Assembly: GCF_036321535.1 (NCBI RefSeq)
Contig: NC_087436.1
Coordinates: forward strand, 57,042,001-57,106,000
Reading direction: 5' to 3'
DNA length: 64,000 nucleotides
Origin: Camelus dromedarius
Lineage: Eukaryota
A model generated the notes under the pieces. That model was not told the origin of the DNA, searched no databases, and saw only the letters and a list, made by a program, of their open reading frames with translations. The position numbers were made by a program, and so were the translations under genes. This document shows, piece after piece, positions 1 through 11,887 of the stretch (position 1 is the first letter of the stretch; every line of letters begins with the position of its first letter).

Positions 1-664
1 TTGTTTTTCAGCGGCTTGTTTTCCAGCAATGTGGTAGAATTATTTTTATTTATCTTATAATTTTTCTATACTAAAGAATAACAAATTACTTTCTGACAAA
101 AATATAATAGGTTTAGATAAGAAAAAAAGTAAGATTTACAGATAAAATAATAACACGCTATGAGTCTGTCCTATATCTATCCAGATACGCTATTACCTTA
201 CTATGTATGTCAAATAGTCCCTCATCAAAATAATAATTTGGGCTAAATTCTTTACCATAACTCAATATGTAAATCAAACTTGCCATATTTCTCAGACTGT
301 ATTTTTAAAGAATAATTTGATCTCTGATAGAAGCCAGAAAAGTTAATGAAGCTTTAAAAGAAAATATTTTCAAAAGTTAATTAGTAAATTTATGAGATGA
401 TATATAGTATGATGTATAGCGTCACCATGAGCCTGGTTTCTAGATCTGGTTCTGTCACTAACTCTGTAACAGATCTTTGAACGACTCACTTTACTTGTAA
501 AACATAAGGATTCCACTAGAGGGTGCCCAATGTTCCTTTTAGAATAAATATTCAAGAATTCTGTAACTTAAAATCATGCTTTGTTTCCACCATTATCAGT
601 AAAATGGAAATATTCTGTCCTGATTTTGCTCTAGAAGTTGACTCTTTGCTCACTTTATTTTAAG

Positions 665-757
665 CTCTTCCATTTGGCAAAATTCCCATTTTGGAAGTCG
701 ATGGACTTAACCTTCACCAGAGCCTAGCAATCGCAAGATATTTGACCAGAAACACAG
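665..757 (+). CDS. HPGDS: HPGDS coding exon (human exon 3 equivalent)
   Basis: taag|CT...ACAG|gtaata; 93 nt; translates (T)LPFGKIPILEVDGLNLHQSLAIARYLTRNT, the GST N-domain GSH-binding segment. Confidence 0.97.
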
Positions 758-2688
758 GTAATACATTTATTGTGTTTAAGATTTTTGATAACTGAAAAAA
801 AGGCATATATTTAATATTCATTAAATAACTTTATTATTTAACCCTATACTACAAAGAATAGGATTAAATGGGATTAAATGCCAGAGAAGTATACTTGTAC
901 TATTGCTATCAGTTTAATTTTCCATGAGTTCCCTAGACAATAATATAATTTTATTTTATATGACCTACAGACTCTCCTGAACTGCACTTCCTTGCTCCCA
1001 ATCCCTTGTTGGAATTCAGCTGAAAAATTAGACATGTCTGAACCCAAACTTTTGCTAGCATGTCTGACTTCAATTGTAGGTTTTTAACCTGGAAAAGCAA
1101 CATAACCATAGCTATGAGCTTGGAAGATTATTCCGGCCATGCTTTCTATCAGTTTGGCATGACTGCAGGGATGCACATATGGATGTCATTGAAATAGTCC
1201 AGACAGAAATGGAAAAGAACAAGGAGTAAGGAAAAGATGAGAAAGTTTGTGAAGACAGCATCATCACAGGGCTAGAAAGCAGGGTTTGGCGTGTGGAGGG
1301 CACTGTTTTGGAGTAGGAAGAGTGAGGGCCAGGCAGATGGCAGGTTGGACATAGTTTCTTGTTCTCATGGCTCCTTCTTTTCCTCTTCTTTATTTAAAAA
1401 AAAAAATTCCTTTAACTTGCGATATCCTTTTCATTGTCTGTCCTCTCCAGTTAGCCATAAGTGCCACGCAGGCAAGGGATTCACCTCCTTTGTTCACTGC
1501 TGGAGCCACTGTTGGGGCCGATGCACAGTTGGAGCCCAGTAATTATTTGTTGAATGAATGAGGAAGAAGAGCTGGTTTGCAGTAGGACAGGATGACTGCA
1601 CTTTGGGATTTGCTGAAGGAAGTTCAGGGGCCAAAAGGATAGACAGAGGATTACCCAAAAGGAGGCTGAGGATATGGACCTGGAATTTAGGACTAAACGT
1701 GTTGAATACAGAGTCATCTGCATAAGACTGACTGAAGCCTTGCGCGTGGAAGTCAGAGTAGGGAGTAAGGATGAAAATGAGTGAAGAGAACCTATGATAC
1801 AATTCGGAAGGACTTTCCAAGGTCAGAAAGAAGAATCAGCTTTTGAACATCACACACTCACAAATATAGATAGTTTACAGAAGAAATCAAATTACTGAAG
1901 CATTTTCTTTCACTTTTAACAGCTTTCTTGAGGTATAATTAACATACAACTCACCCATTGTCAGTATATAGTTCCTTGATTTTTAGCAAATTTATACAGT
2001 TGTACAAAAGCAACCTATCTTAAAATGCTTCCACACTGAAGCATTTTAAATTGACACCAATGGGAAAATATTTGGGAAGACCAATGATTCCTTAACAAAA
2101 TGATAATCAATGAATGACAGAAAAAAAAAAAAACCTCCTCTATTATTTTAAACTTAGTTTCCAAGAAGAAAACAAATGCTCCTGACAAAAATTATCTGCA
2201 AAATAAAAATAATTCCTTCTACAAGATAAAAGATAACAGGTTATTCATTGTAGTATTGCTTGTACTAGCAAAAGACTGGAAACAAACCTAATCTGTTGAG
2301 GATCATAAAATAAATTTGCAGCATTTCTGCTTAAAGATATCCCATGTAGCTGAAAAAAGAGCAAGGATGCCCTTAAGGGACCTGTAAGAAAGGCTCTCTA
2401 GGACATATGGGGGAGGTGCGTATTGAGTGGGATATATATTCTTATTTTCACAAAGAAACAATGGTAGAATACAAAATAAACTAATGAAAGTGGTTACCAG
2501 TATGGTGGGTAAGGAAGCAAAATGAAGTGGGCGGGGGCAGGGGTGGAAGTTAGTCCTCAATGGATACTATTTTATATTGTTTTGAATTTTTGAACCATGT
2601 GAATATATTGCCTGTTTAAAAAGTTTTACTATAGTAAGTTAAATTGAGCATATTCTTGGTCTTAAAATGGCCTCTCTCTATTCCATAG

Positions 2689-2798
2689 ATTTGGCTGGAA
2701 AAACAGACTTGGAACAATGTCAAGTTGATGCAATCGTGGACACGTTGGACGATTTCATGTCATGTTTTCCTTGGGCAGAGAAAAAACAAGATGTAAAA
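2689..2798 (+). CDS. HPGDS: HPGDS coding exon (exon 4 equivalent)
   Basis: ccatag|AT...AAA|gtaatg; 110 nt; (D)LAGKTDLEQCQVDAIVDTLDDFMSCFPWAEKKQDVK with the metal-binding Asp cluster and the active-site Trp (FPW). Confidence 0.97.
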
Positions 2799-4079
2799 GT
2801 AATGTGATCAGTTTGCTATTACTGCTATTAATCATTTCCTCTTGCCAAACATTATGTTAGGTGCTTTTAAAAGTTCCTTTTTTAAAAAAAATCAAAGTAA
2901 GACATACCATGGTTTTGAAATATCCAATTATATTAAAAAGTTTCAAACAAAGTACTACAGTGATTCCCAGTCCTACCTCTTCATATTAACCCTTCCTCAG
3001 ATGCAACCCTCATTTTAACACTTTCAGCTGTTTCTTTAGGATTTCCATATCTTCATATTTCTATAGGATATGTAAATATGGCTTTCTTTGATTCACTAAT
3101 TTTAGGTCATTTCAGTAGACTAAATTAATGAGAATTTATTTCTTATGTAGTCATTCTCTCTGCTCCTCTTCCCCCAAACTCCCAATATAATATTAAAATT
3201 TTGTGGTGAAATCCATGTTCAGTCATTACATTAATATGCCTATACAAATAGTGTGCAGAATCGTGCATGGTAGTATACTTTGATTATATTTCCTTTCTCA
3301 CTTTCTTCCTCAAATTAGTAATTGCCTTTTTTCACTTGCTTAATTCTTCCTACTTCCATTGCTGAACCTTCCCACACTATTCAATGCCTGCCGATATAAT
3401 TTTCCACCGAGTAAATGATACCAGGTAACCTATTATTTCCATTATTTTCTTGGAGCTGGCTGGCCAGAGATGTCCTTTTCCCTTTGGAGAGCTGTCTAGG
3501 CTTTTTGCCCAGCTGTCATCATTGGACTTCCCTTCACTGCCATTCCAGGAATGTCTTTCTCTTGAGCTGGAGTCCTGTTTCCTGGATGCCACCCTCTGTT
3601 TTTATTTACTCCCTTGTTTACTTGGGGCACATCCCCAGTGTTCGTATCTCTTATCATCAAGCCTTCTTCACTTTAATTTTGGAAACTTTCGTTATCCTCG
3701 TCTTCCAGATGAAGAAATTAAGGTTCATGTACTGTAAATAACTTGCCTAAGGTTATTTAGCTGGTGGGTGGTGCACAAGGAATTCAAATCCCAGACACTC
3801 TGACTCAGCCTCCACGTTCTTAACCACCGGGTGTAATGCCACGGGGCCAGCAGCCGTTCAAAACAGCTGTGCACGAGTATTTACGTGCATGTCATGGTTT
3901 AAGACCTATATCCAAAAGCCCCAGCACAAAACAAGTGGCAGTCTTATCAATGTACTTAAGCATATTTATTCTAAATACTGTTTGTTTAATAGGACCCTCT
4001 GATTTGAATAGAGATATTTGGAACATAAAAGTATTCACATGTACTGATTCCTTGACATAAATGTAAGGTGTGTGTAGAG

Positions 4080-4082
<3 letters not shown>

Positions 4083-4139
<57 letters not shown>

Positions 4140-4146
4140 ACACACA
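4083..4146. repeat. (CA)n microsatellite
   Basis: Near-perfect CA run of about 64 nt. Confidence 0.97.
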
Positions 4147-4199
4147 TCTGAGTAACCAGAACAAAGTCTTACATAAAAGCCCAGCTTTGATGATAGAAA

Positions 4200-4410
4200 T
4201 ACATTTGGGCTCTGGAGTCAGACTGCCAGGCTTGAATCCTGATTCTCTTTTTACCAGTTGTCACTTAACTCCCTATCAAATTTTCATTCTTTGTCTGTAA
4301 ACTAGAGAGATCACAGAATCTGCTTTGAAGTATGTTGGGAGGATGAAATGGTTGCATAAGTACCTGTGGCTAAGTAGAAAGTGTTCAATAAATATTAGTT
4401 GTTATAATTA
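4200..4410 (+). mobile_element. MIR SINE remnant
   Basis: ggctctggagtcagactg...ttgaatcctg...tctgtaaa...aataaatattagtt resembles the MIR core. Confidence 0.7.
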
Positions 4411-4897
4411 ATACAGTGTTATCATACCATTCAGTGCTCATTGTTTTTATTTGTCAGTCATGACATTTATATTTCACATATCTTTATAAATGCAGAGACA
4501 AGTAGATGCATAATCCTCAATTTAGAAAAAAGTATCTAAAGCTTTTTGTTCCACATGGGCTTGCCCATCTCTGTTTCTCTGCTTTGTACCTTTCTGGGGC
4601 AGAGGCTCCACACCAGAGGCTACCTCCCAGAGGAAAATATTCTTTGAATGTTTATGTTAAGAGGAATGCTTAATGTTTGAATTACAATGCTGTTACATAC
4701 CACCTACCTTAAAAAAAATTCGCAAGACATAATCCAAGTTCTTGAATAAACCATCAGAAAGCGGGACATGTTGCAGAAATATTGCAGATAGCTTGGCTAT
4801 CTGATTATCTGATTAACAAGAAGAACTTGCAGTAGACAATGAAACACGCACACTTCTTTTGTATCGCATCAGCTTGTCTCTCCGTAGTGGGTTGCTT

Positions 4898-4916
4898 TGC
4901 TGCCACCTTGTGGTCA
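4898..4916 (-). promoter_or_regulatory. CTCF motif in an HPGDS intron
   Basis: - strand TGACCACAAGGTGGCAGCA closely matches the CTCF core CCASYAGRKGGCRS. Confidence 0.6.
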
Positions 4917-7151
4917 GGTAAAATTTTTGAAAGCAGAATATTGATGCAGTAAAGAAGAATGGATAGTGAAAAAAGTCCTCTTATTCTATGTGTTTAAAAA
5001 AACTACCAAATACACGATTATAAATGTTTCAGTATTGGTTGCTAAAATTCTATTTCCAATTAACATTTTAAAGTTAATTTAAATTTAATTTATAAGGCAA
5101 AATATGTCTCTCGGCATTGGTCACATTGATAATCTTTGCACTTGGCACTAGTGTTTCTGTGGTTAAACTTTGCATCTGTTTCAGGTTCCTCATCTGAAGA
5201 ACAGGGCAGGGGGTGGTGGGTGGGGAGATGAAGGATGAGCAGGATTGAAGGAATGCTAGTGGCCCATTTCCAATACTAAATGCTTTTAGTACTGTGAATT
5301 TTAAAATGGTGCTTTGGAGAAATACACAAACCTCCCTAATTCTGCTAAAGATCATTTGATAGAATACTATAGCAATGACTTTTCAGGGTGACAACCTCCT
5401 GCCTTATAATGCTCTGGAGGAGGTAGGAAATTTCTGAGTCCACCAAGTTAAGAGTCCACCACTAGAGTTTATCAGAAAATGCACTTTAAAAAGGATGTAT
5501 AATTAAATTTTATCTTCTTTAGGTTATTTTGGTGAGTTTTAAAATGATTCTTAAATACTAATAATTATGCTGTTTAGCAATTACATTTCATTAGACTGAG
5601 ATGATTAACCAGACACATAAAGAGAACCTGGCTAAAGGAGAAGTCAAGAGTGCAGAGAAATTTCTATTTGGAATTGCATATACACAGCACTGGTGTACTT
5701 TAAATTGTGGAAATGCACATTAGAAAAAGTAACAGAATTACCCAGGTGAGTATTCAGGAGTTTTTGGAAAGCCGTCCAGCAGCTACATCCTGCTCTGTTT
5801 AACTCCCCCCTGTTTCTAGCTATTCTAGGACAGCCAAGCTGGCTGTTACCTCCCCAACTGATGCTCAGCTGAGCTGTGGGAAGTGCCACTTGCTTCTGGG
5901 CCCATTGCACCTCAGCTCACAAATTCTGTGTAAGGGGCTGAAGGACTCGCACTATTTTATTTAGAACTATGAATATATTCACCATAGAGAGAGAACCTTA
6001 TATACAAAGGAGGTATAGAACCGTGGAGAGCATATAAAATCAAAATAATGACAAGCTTCCAAAGCTCCAGTTTGTGAAATCTGGCACATGTATGTAAATA
6101 TATGGTGATTCTTTAGCAAACTGTGCTCTACAAATAAAAGACAGTATGTTATAGTAATCTATATTACCTGGCTAAGTCATAATACTAACAGGAAGTAAAT
6201 CAGCAAATTGGTGAGAAACTTATCCACTAACTGACTTACCTCAATAAAGGCTGGATTTTATTATAGGCCACTTATGAATATTAATTAATGTCATATACAT
6301 GTTTTATAATTTTTTTCAATTTGGCTTACATTTCACATCCATGATACAAACTAGCCCAATATAAACAAATAAGTATTTCTGACCAAGAAAGAGGCCATGA
6401 ATAAATCATTTGGCCATCAGAGATCCAAGTAAAAACATAAAGATAACTTTTTAAAATAGATGTATCTGTAAATTTTCTTCTGAGGATATTCTTTGATTTG
6501 TGATGATACCTTACATATTATATTAAAAGTGGGGCATCCAGATGATGGATTTTATAGATGATATTCAAGGCAGACAAATCTCACACTAAGGCACAATGTC
6601 AAGAGAGGAAATCCAGAAAGCACCGAGAGCGTAACGATTTATTATGAATTAACTTCTGTTAAGCACAATGGTGAGATGAAAGACTGCCAAACTGGGGGAA
6701 TCTAGCCTTATAAATTAAAATTAATTTCTTTATCTTCAGTTACATTATTTTACTTTAAAGAGAGGGAGGCTAAAAAAAGGGGGAATTTTAGAAATGTAAA
6801 AACATAATGGAATAATTTTCATTAACAAAAATTAAGATAAAAAGCATGTAAAGATTTTATGGATGAAATATTTAGTCATTATATGCAAAGAAACTATAAG
6901 AACTGATGATAAAAATATTTATTTTTTAATCCATGAGTAATAAAGGGGGAAATAAGGTCTGTAGAGAATCAAACCTGAATCTCTATGACATACATTTTAA
7001 AAAACAACCACCCACCAATAACATGTAGCTTCTCCTCTTCTTTTTTGAACTCATGGGAAAATGAAGATGGAAAAATCTACTTCCTCTTCAAATCGTATTA
7101 TTTATTTTTCTTCCTATTATCCTTCAAGTGGTCTTTTTCTCTCTCTCCTAG

Positions 7152-7250
7152 GATCAGATGTTTAAGGAGCTACTTACATGTGATGCACCTCATCTTCTGC
7201 AAGATTTGGACACATATTTAGGGGAAAAAGAGTGGTTTATTGGTAACTCT
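7152..7250 (+). CDS. HPGDS: HPGDS coding exon (exon 5 equivalent)
   Basis: ctcctag|GAT...TCT|gtgagt; 99 nt; DQMFKELLTCDAPHLLQDLDTYLGEKEWFIGNS. Confidence 0.97.
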
Positions 7251-8109
7251 GTGAGTATGTTTTACATCTTAAAAAATACAAGTTTATATCTTTATCTATA
7301 TATCTATATCTATATCTACATACCAACAACTTATAAAACCTTATTGAAAAAAGTGTTGCCCATAGGGAGGAGGGAGGAGCTTAGCGAGTAGGGACAAAGG
7401 CTAAATTTCTTGGAATAAACATTTTTGGTGGACTTAACTTTGGAAACACAAACTAAAATATTTTATATAATTATATAACAACAAAATCATTTAAAAAAGC
7501 TGTCACTGCAAAACAAAAGCAAAGTGAAACAAATGAGATTGTGCCAAATTGATGCACAGTCTGTGGAGAAGTACCTGTGTACTCTTCTTAGTAAAAACTA
7601 GTTTAAGAAAGATTATTATTTGTAAAACACAATGATTTGAGTAGACATCTCATTATAGATATTCTGTCAACAAAAAAGAATAATCATACACCATTTTTGG
7701 TTCATGATGTACTTTATCTTAGGATAAAGAAAAAAAGCATTTTGCATCTCATTTTCTTGAAAAAATGACCAACCCTGCTGTTCTGGGTACCCTAGGACCC
7801 AGATTCTGGTCTCTGAATACTAAAAAGAACCAGGGCTTCTTGAAGAAATAGCTCATTCTCATTTTGGGGCAGGAAATGTAAAACATGAGCTGGGAATACT
7901 TTTTCATACCAGAACCAAGTAAATTATCAAAACAAACAGACAAACAAACCGACTGGGGTTGTATCAAAAGAACTCAGCAGCCACCTCAAAGAGATTCCCA
8001 CTGGCCAAACATGGGACAACTCAAGCTTCAATAAGAATGCTAGCTGCAGTGGATTAAAACAAATCAAAATGAATTAATCCATGAGTGTATGATAATCACC
8101 GCCACCAAA

Positions 8110-8138
8110 TACACACACACACACACACACACACACAC
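8110..8138. repeat. (CA)n microsatellite
   Basis: Pure AC run. Confidence 0.95.
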
Positions 8139-8194
8139 CTCAAAACCAAAGATTCTTTGGTGACTTTTAGAAGATGCTATGGAGCCAAATTATT

Positions 8195-8409
8195 ACAGAT
8201 TTTCCTCAATTAACAGTAAGGTTACATCCCAATAAATCATTCATAAATTGAAAGTATCTTGAGTCAAAAAATACACATAACCTACTGAATATCATAGCCT
8301 GGCCTAGCCTACCTCAAATATGCTCAGAACACTTACAGTAGCTTACAATTGGGCAAAATCATCTACACAAAGTCTACTTTATAATAAAGTATTGAATGTC
8401 TCATGTAAC
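8195..8409 (+). mobile_element. Truncated TcMar-Tigger MITE (MER47-like)
   Basis: TA|cagat...cctcaattaac...atcatagcctggcctagcctacct...aaagtattgaatgtctcatgtaa resembles the MER47A left half. Confidence 0.7.
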
Positions 8410-9755
8410 TGGTAACCACTAGTTTGTTCTCTGTATCTGTGGGTCTGCTTCTTTGTTCTGGTTATATTCACTAGTTTGTTGTATTTCTTAGATTCTGCAT
8501 GTAAGTGATACCATACAGTATTTGTCTTTCTCTGTCTGACTTCTTTCACTAAGCATAAATGGTTTCAAACCCATCCATGTTGCTGTAAATGGCAAAATTT
8601 CATTCTTTTTTGTGACTGAATAGTATTCACCTGTCAATGGACACTTGGGTTGCTTCCATATCTTGGCTACTGTAAATAATGTGAACATTGGGGTGCATGT
8701 ATCTTTTTGAATTTGTGTATTTGTTTCTTTCAGATATATACCCAGGAGCAGAATTTCTGGGTCATATGGTAGTTCTATTTTTAGTTTTTTGAGAAAACTT
8801 CATACTGCTTTCCACAGTGGCTGCATCAATTTGCATTCCCACCAACAGCGTACAAAAGTTCCCTTTTCTCCATATACTTGCCAACATTTGTTATTTGTGA
8901 TCTTTTTGATAACAGCCATTCTGACAGGTGTGAGGTGATAATACCATTGTGGTTTTGATTTGTATTTCCCTAATGATTAATAATGCTGAGCTTTTTTTTA
9001 CGTGTCTGCTGGCCATCTGCATACCTTCTTTGGAAAAATGTCTATTCAGGTCTTCTGCCCATTTTTTAATCAGATTGTTTGTATTTTTGATGTTGAGTTG
9101 TATGAGCTGTTAATATATGTTGAACATTAACTCTTTATGGCTTATATCATTTTGCAAATATTTTCTCCCATTCAACAGGTTGCCTTTTTGTTTTGTTGAT
9201 GGTTTCCTTTGCTATGCAAAAGCTTTTAAGGTTAATTAGGTCCTATTTGTTTATTTTTGCTTTTATTTTCTTTGCTTTAGGAGACAGATCCAAAATAATA
9301 TTGCTACAATTTATGTCCAAGAGTATTCTATGTTTTCCTTTAGGAGTCTTATCATTTCCAGTCTTATATTTAGGTCCATAATCCATTTTGAGTTTGTTTT
9401 TATATGGTAGTAGAGAACATTCTAATCTCATTTTTTTACATATAGCTGTTCTGTTTCCCCAGCACCATTTATTGAAGAGATTGTTTTCTCTCCATTGTAT
9501 ACTCTTGCCTCTTGTTATAGACTAATTGACCATAGTGCATGGGTATATTTCTGGGCCCTTTATGCTTTTCCATTGATCTATGAGTCTGGTTCTGTGTCAG
9601 TACCATACTGTCTTGGTTACTGTAGCTTTCTACAGGAGCATAGCATGGTTCCTCCAGCTCTGTTTGCCTTCTCAAGACTGCTTTGACTATTTAAGGTCTC
9701 TTGTGTTTCCATACAAATTTTAAAATTATTTGGTCTAGTTCTGTGAAAAATGCCA
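8410..9755 (-). mobile_element. L1 fragment (ORF2 3' part and 3' UTR), antisense to HPGDS
   Basis: L1 ORF2 remnants in the ORF track ([26 protein letters not shown]). Confidence 0.92.
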
Positions 9756-10113
9756 GAGTACTGTTCTGAATTAAGAAAGTTAAAGAATATAACAAGGTGA
9801 AATGCATGGTCCTGAGATGGATTCTGCTTTATCTTATAAAGAACATTTTTGAAATAGAAAAGTATTGATTGGGTATTAAATAAGATGAAAATGTATTATC
9901 ACAGAGAGGCAGAGACTGAATCAAGTTACAAGAGTATGTACTGTAAGATCTCATTTTAGTGAAAATACACACACACACACACACACATGCATAGAAAAAT
10001 ACCATGCACAGAGGTATTAATATGAGTAACCTCTGTGCACTGGGAGTCTGTAACTTTCTATCATATACACATTCTGCTTTTGTAATTACAGATTATTTTC
10101 ACTTACACTACTT

Positions 10114-11402
10114 ATTATTATTTTTACTGAAGTATAATTGGTTTACAATGGTATGTTAATTTCTAGTGTACAGCACAGTGATTTAGTTGTGTATATGTAT
10201 ATGTATAGAGTCCTTTTCATATTTTTTCATTAGATGTCATTGCAAGGTATTAAATATAGTTCCCTGTGCTATACAGTGGGACCTTATTGTTTATCTATTT
10301 TATATGTAGTAGTCAGTATCTGCAAATCCCAAACTCCCAATTTATCCCTTCCCACTGCCTTTCACCCTTGGTAACCATTGTTTGTTTTCTATGTCTGTGA
10401 GTCTCTTTCTGTAAATAAGTTCATTTGTGTAATTTTTTAAGATTCCACATGTAAGTGATATCGTATCAATATTTGTCTTTGTCTGGCTTAGTATGACAAT
10501 CTTCTGGTCCATCCACGTTGCTGCAAATGCAACGCAAATTCTTTTTTATGGCTGAGTAGTATTCCATTGTATAAATATACCACAGATTCTTTATCCTGTC
10601 ATCTGTTGAAGGACATTAGGTTGCTTCCATGACTTGGCTATTATATAGTGCTTCTGGGAACACTGGGGTGCATGTATGTTTTTGAATTAGAATTCCCTTC
10701 AGATACATGCTCAGGAGTGGGATTGCTGGATCATAAATCTATTTTTAGTTTTATAAGAAATCTCCATGCTGTTTTCCATAGTGGCTACACCAAACTACAA
10801 TCCCACCAACAATGTAGGAGGAGTAAACATTTCTGAACACCCTCTCCAGCACTTTTCATTTGTGGACTTTTTAATGATGGCCATTCTGATTGGTGTGAGG
10901 TGATACCTCATTGTAATTTTGATATGCATTTCTCTGATAATTAGTGATATTGAGCATTTTTTCATGTGCCCATTGGTATGTCTTCATTGGAGAAATGTTT
11001 AGGTCTTCTGCACATTTTCTGATTGGGTTATTTGTTATTGAGTTGTTTATGTATTCTGTAAATTAAGCCCTTGGCAGTTGCATCGTTTGCAATTATTTTC
11101 TCCTACTCTATAGGTTGTCTTTTCCTTTTGTTTATAGTTTCCTTTGCTGTGCAAAAGCTTCTAAGTTTACTTAGGTCCCGTTTGTTTATTTTTGCTTTTA
11201 TTTTCATTGCCTTGGTGCACTGCCCTAGGATAACACTGCTGTGATTTATATCAGAGAATGTTTTGCCTGTTTTCTTCTAGACTTATGGTGTCCTGTCTTA
11301 TGTTTAAGTCTTTAAGCCATTTTGAGTTAATCTTTGTGTATGCTGTGAGGGAGTGTTCCAATATCATTGTTTTACATGGGGCTGTCCAGCTTTCCCACTG
11401 CT
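10114..11402 (-). mobile_element. L1 3' fragment with tail, antisense to HPGDS
   Basis: Typical laurasiatherian L1 3' UTR (tgaagtata...ttccctgtgctatacagt); possible degenerate TSD tacactac(c)tt. Confidence 0.92.
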
Positions 11403-11475
11403 TGTCATACACTACCTTCAGATTAAGAAGTTAGGCCTTTTATGTTCCAATGAAAATTTGCTTCCTTTAAACTAG

Positions 11476-11640
11476 GTAACTTGGGCAGACTTCTACTGGG
11501 AAATCTGCAGTACCACACTTTTGGTCTTTAAACCTGATTTGTTGGACATCCATCCCAGGCTGGTGACATTACGCAGGAAAGTCCAAAGCATTCCTGCCAT
11601 AGCTGACTGGATACAGCAAAGGCCGCAAACCAAACTCTAG
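11476..11640 (+). CDS. HPGDS: HPGDS last coding exon with stop
   Basis: aactag|GTA...CTC TAG; 165 nt; VTWADFYWEICSTTLLVFKPDLLDIHPRLVTLRRKVQSIPAIADWIQQRPQTKL*. Confidence 0.97.
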   Translation, partial: VTWADFYWEICSTTLLVFKPDLLDIHPRLVTLRRKVQSIPAIADWIQQRPQTKL

Positions 11641-11788
11641 GTGATGCCTGCTGACTCCAACTTCATTATTCTTCACAGCATCACTCCCAAAAGATGATAA
11701 GCTACATCAACGTGCCACATAATCTACACACTTCCCTCCCCAGTTCCATCAAGGTTTTGACTTTTGCATATTCTACTTATAAAAACAA

Positions 11789-11794
11789 AATAAA
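11789..11794 (+). terminator. Candidate HPGDS polyadenylation signal
   Basis: AATAAA about 150 nt after the stop, followed by the U/GU-rich stretch cttttgtttctgg. Confidence 0.55.
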
Positions 11795-11887
11795 AAAGGA
11801 AGAGGAAACCAAGACTTTTGTTTCTGGCACCTTTTTTTTCAGAATAGCTTCAAGTCATTTATAACTGAGGAAAAATAGTTTACAATA

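Noticed and set aside
3892..4300. ORFs with CVCVCV and HTHTHT runs
   Set aside because: Translation of the (CA)n microsatellite.
11470..11482. AG|GTAAC at the HPGDS last exon, resembling a recursive splice site
   Set aside because: GTA ACT encodes conserved Val-Thr, and this is the terminal exon with no downstream acceptor.
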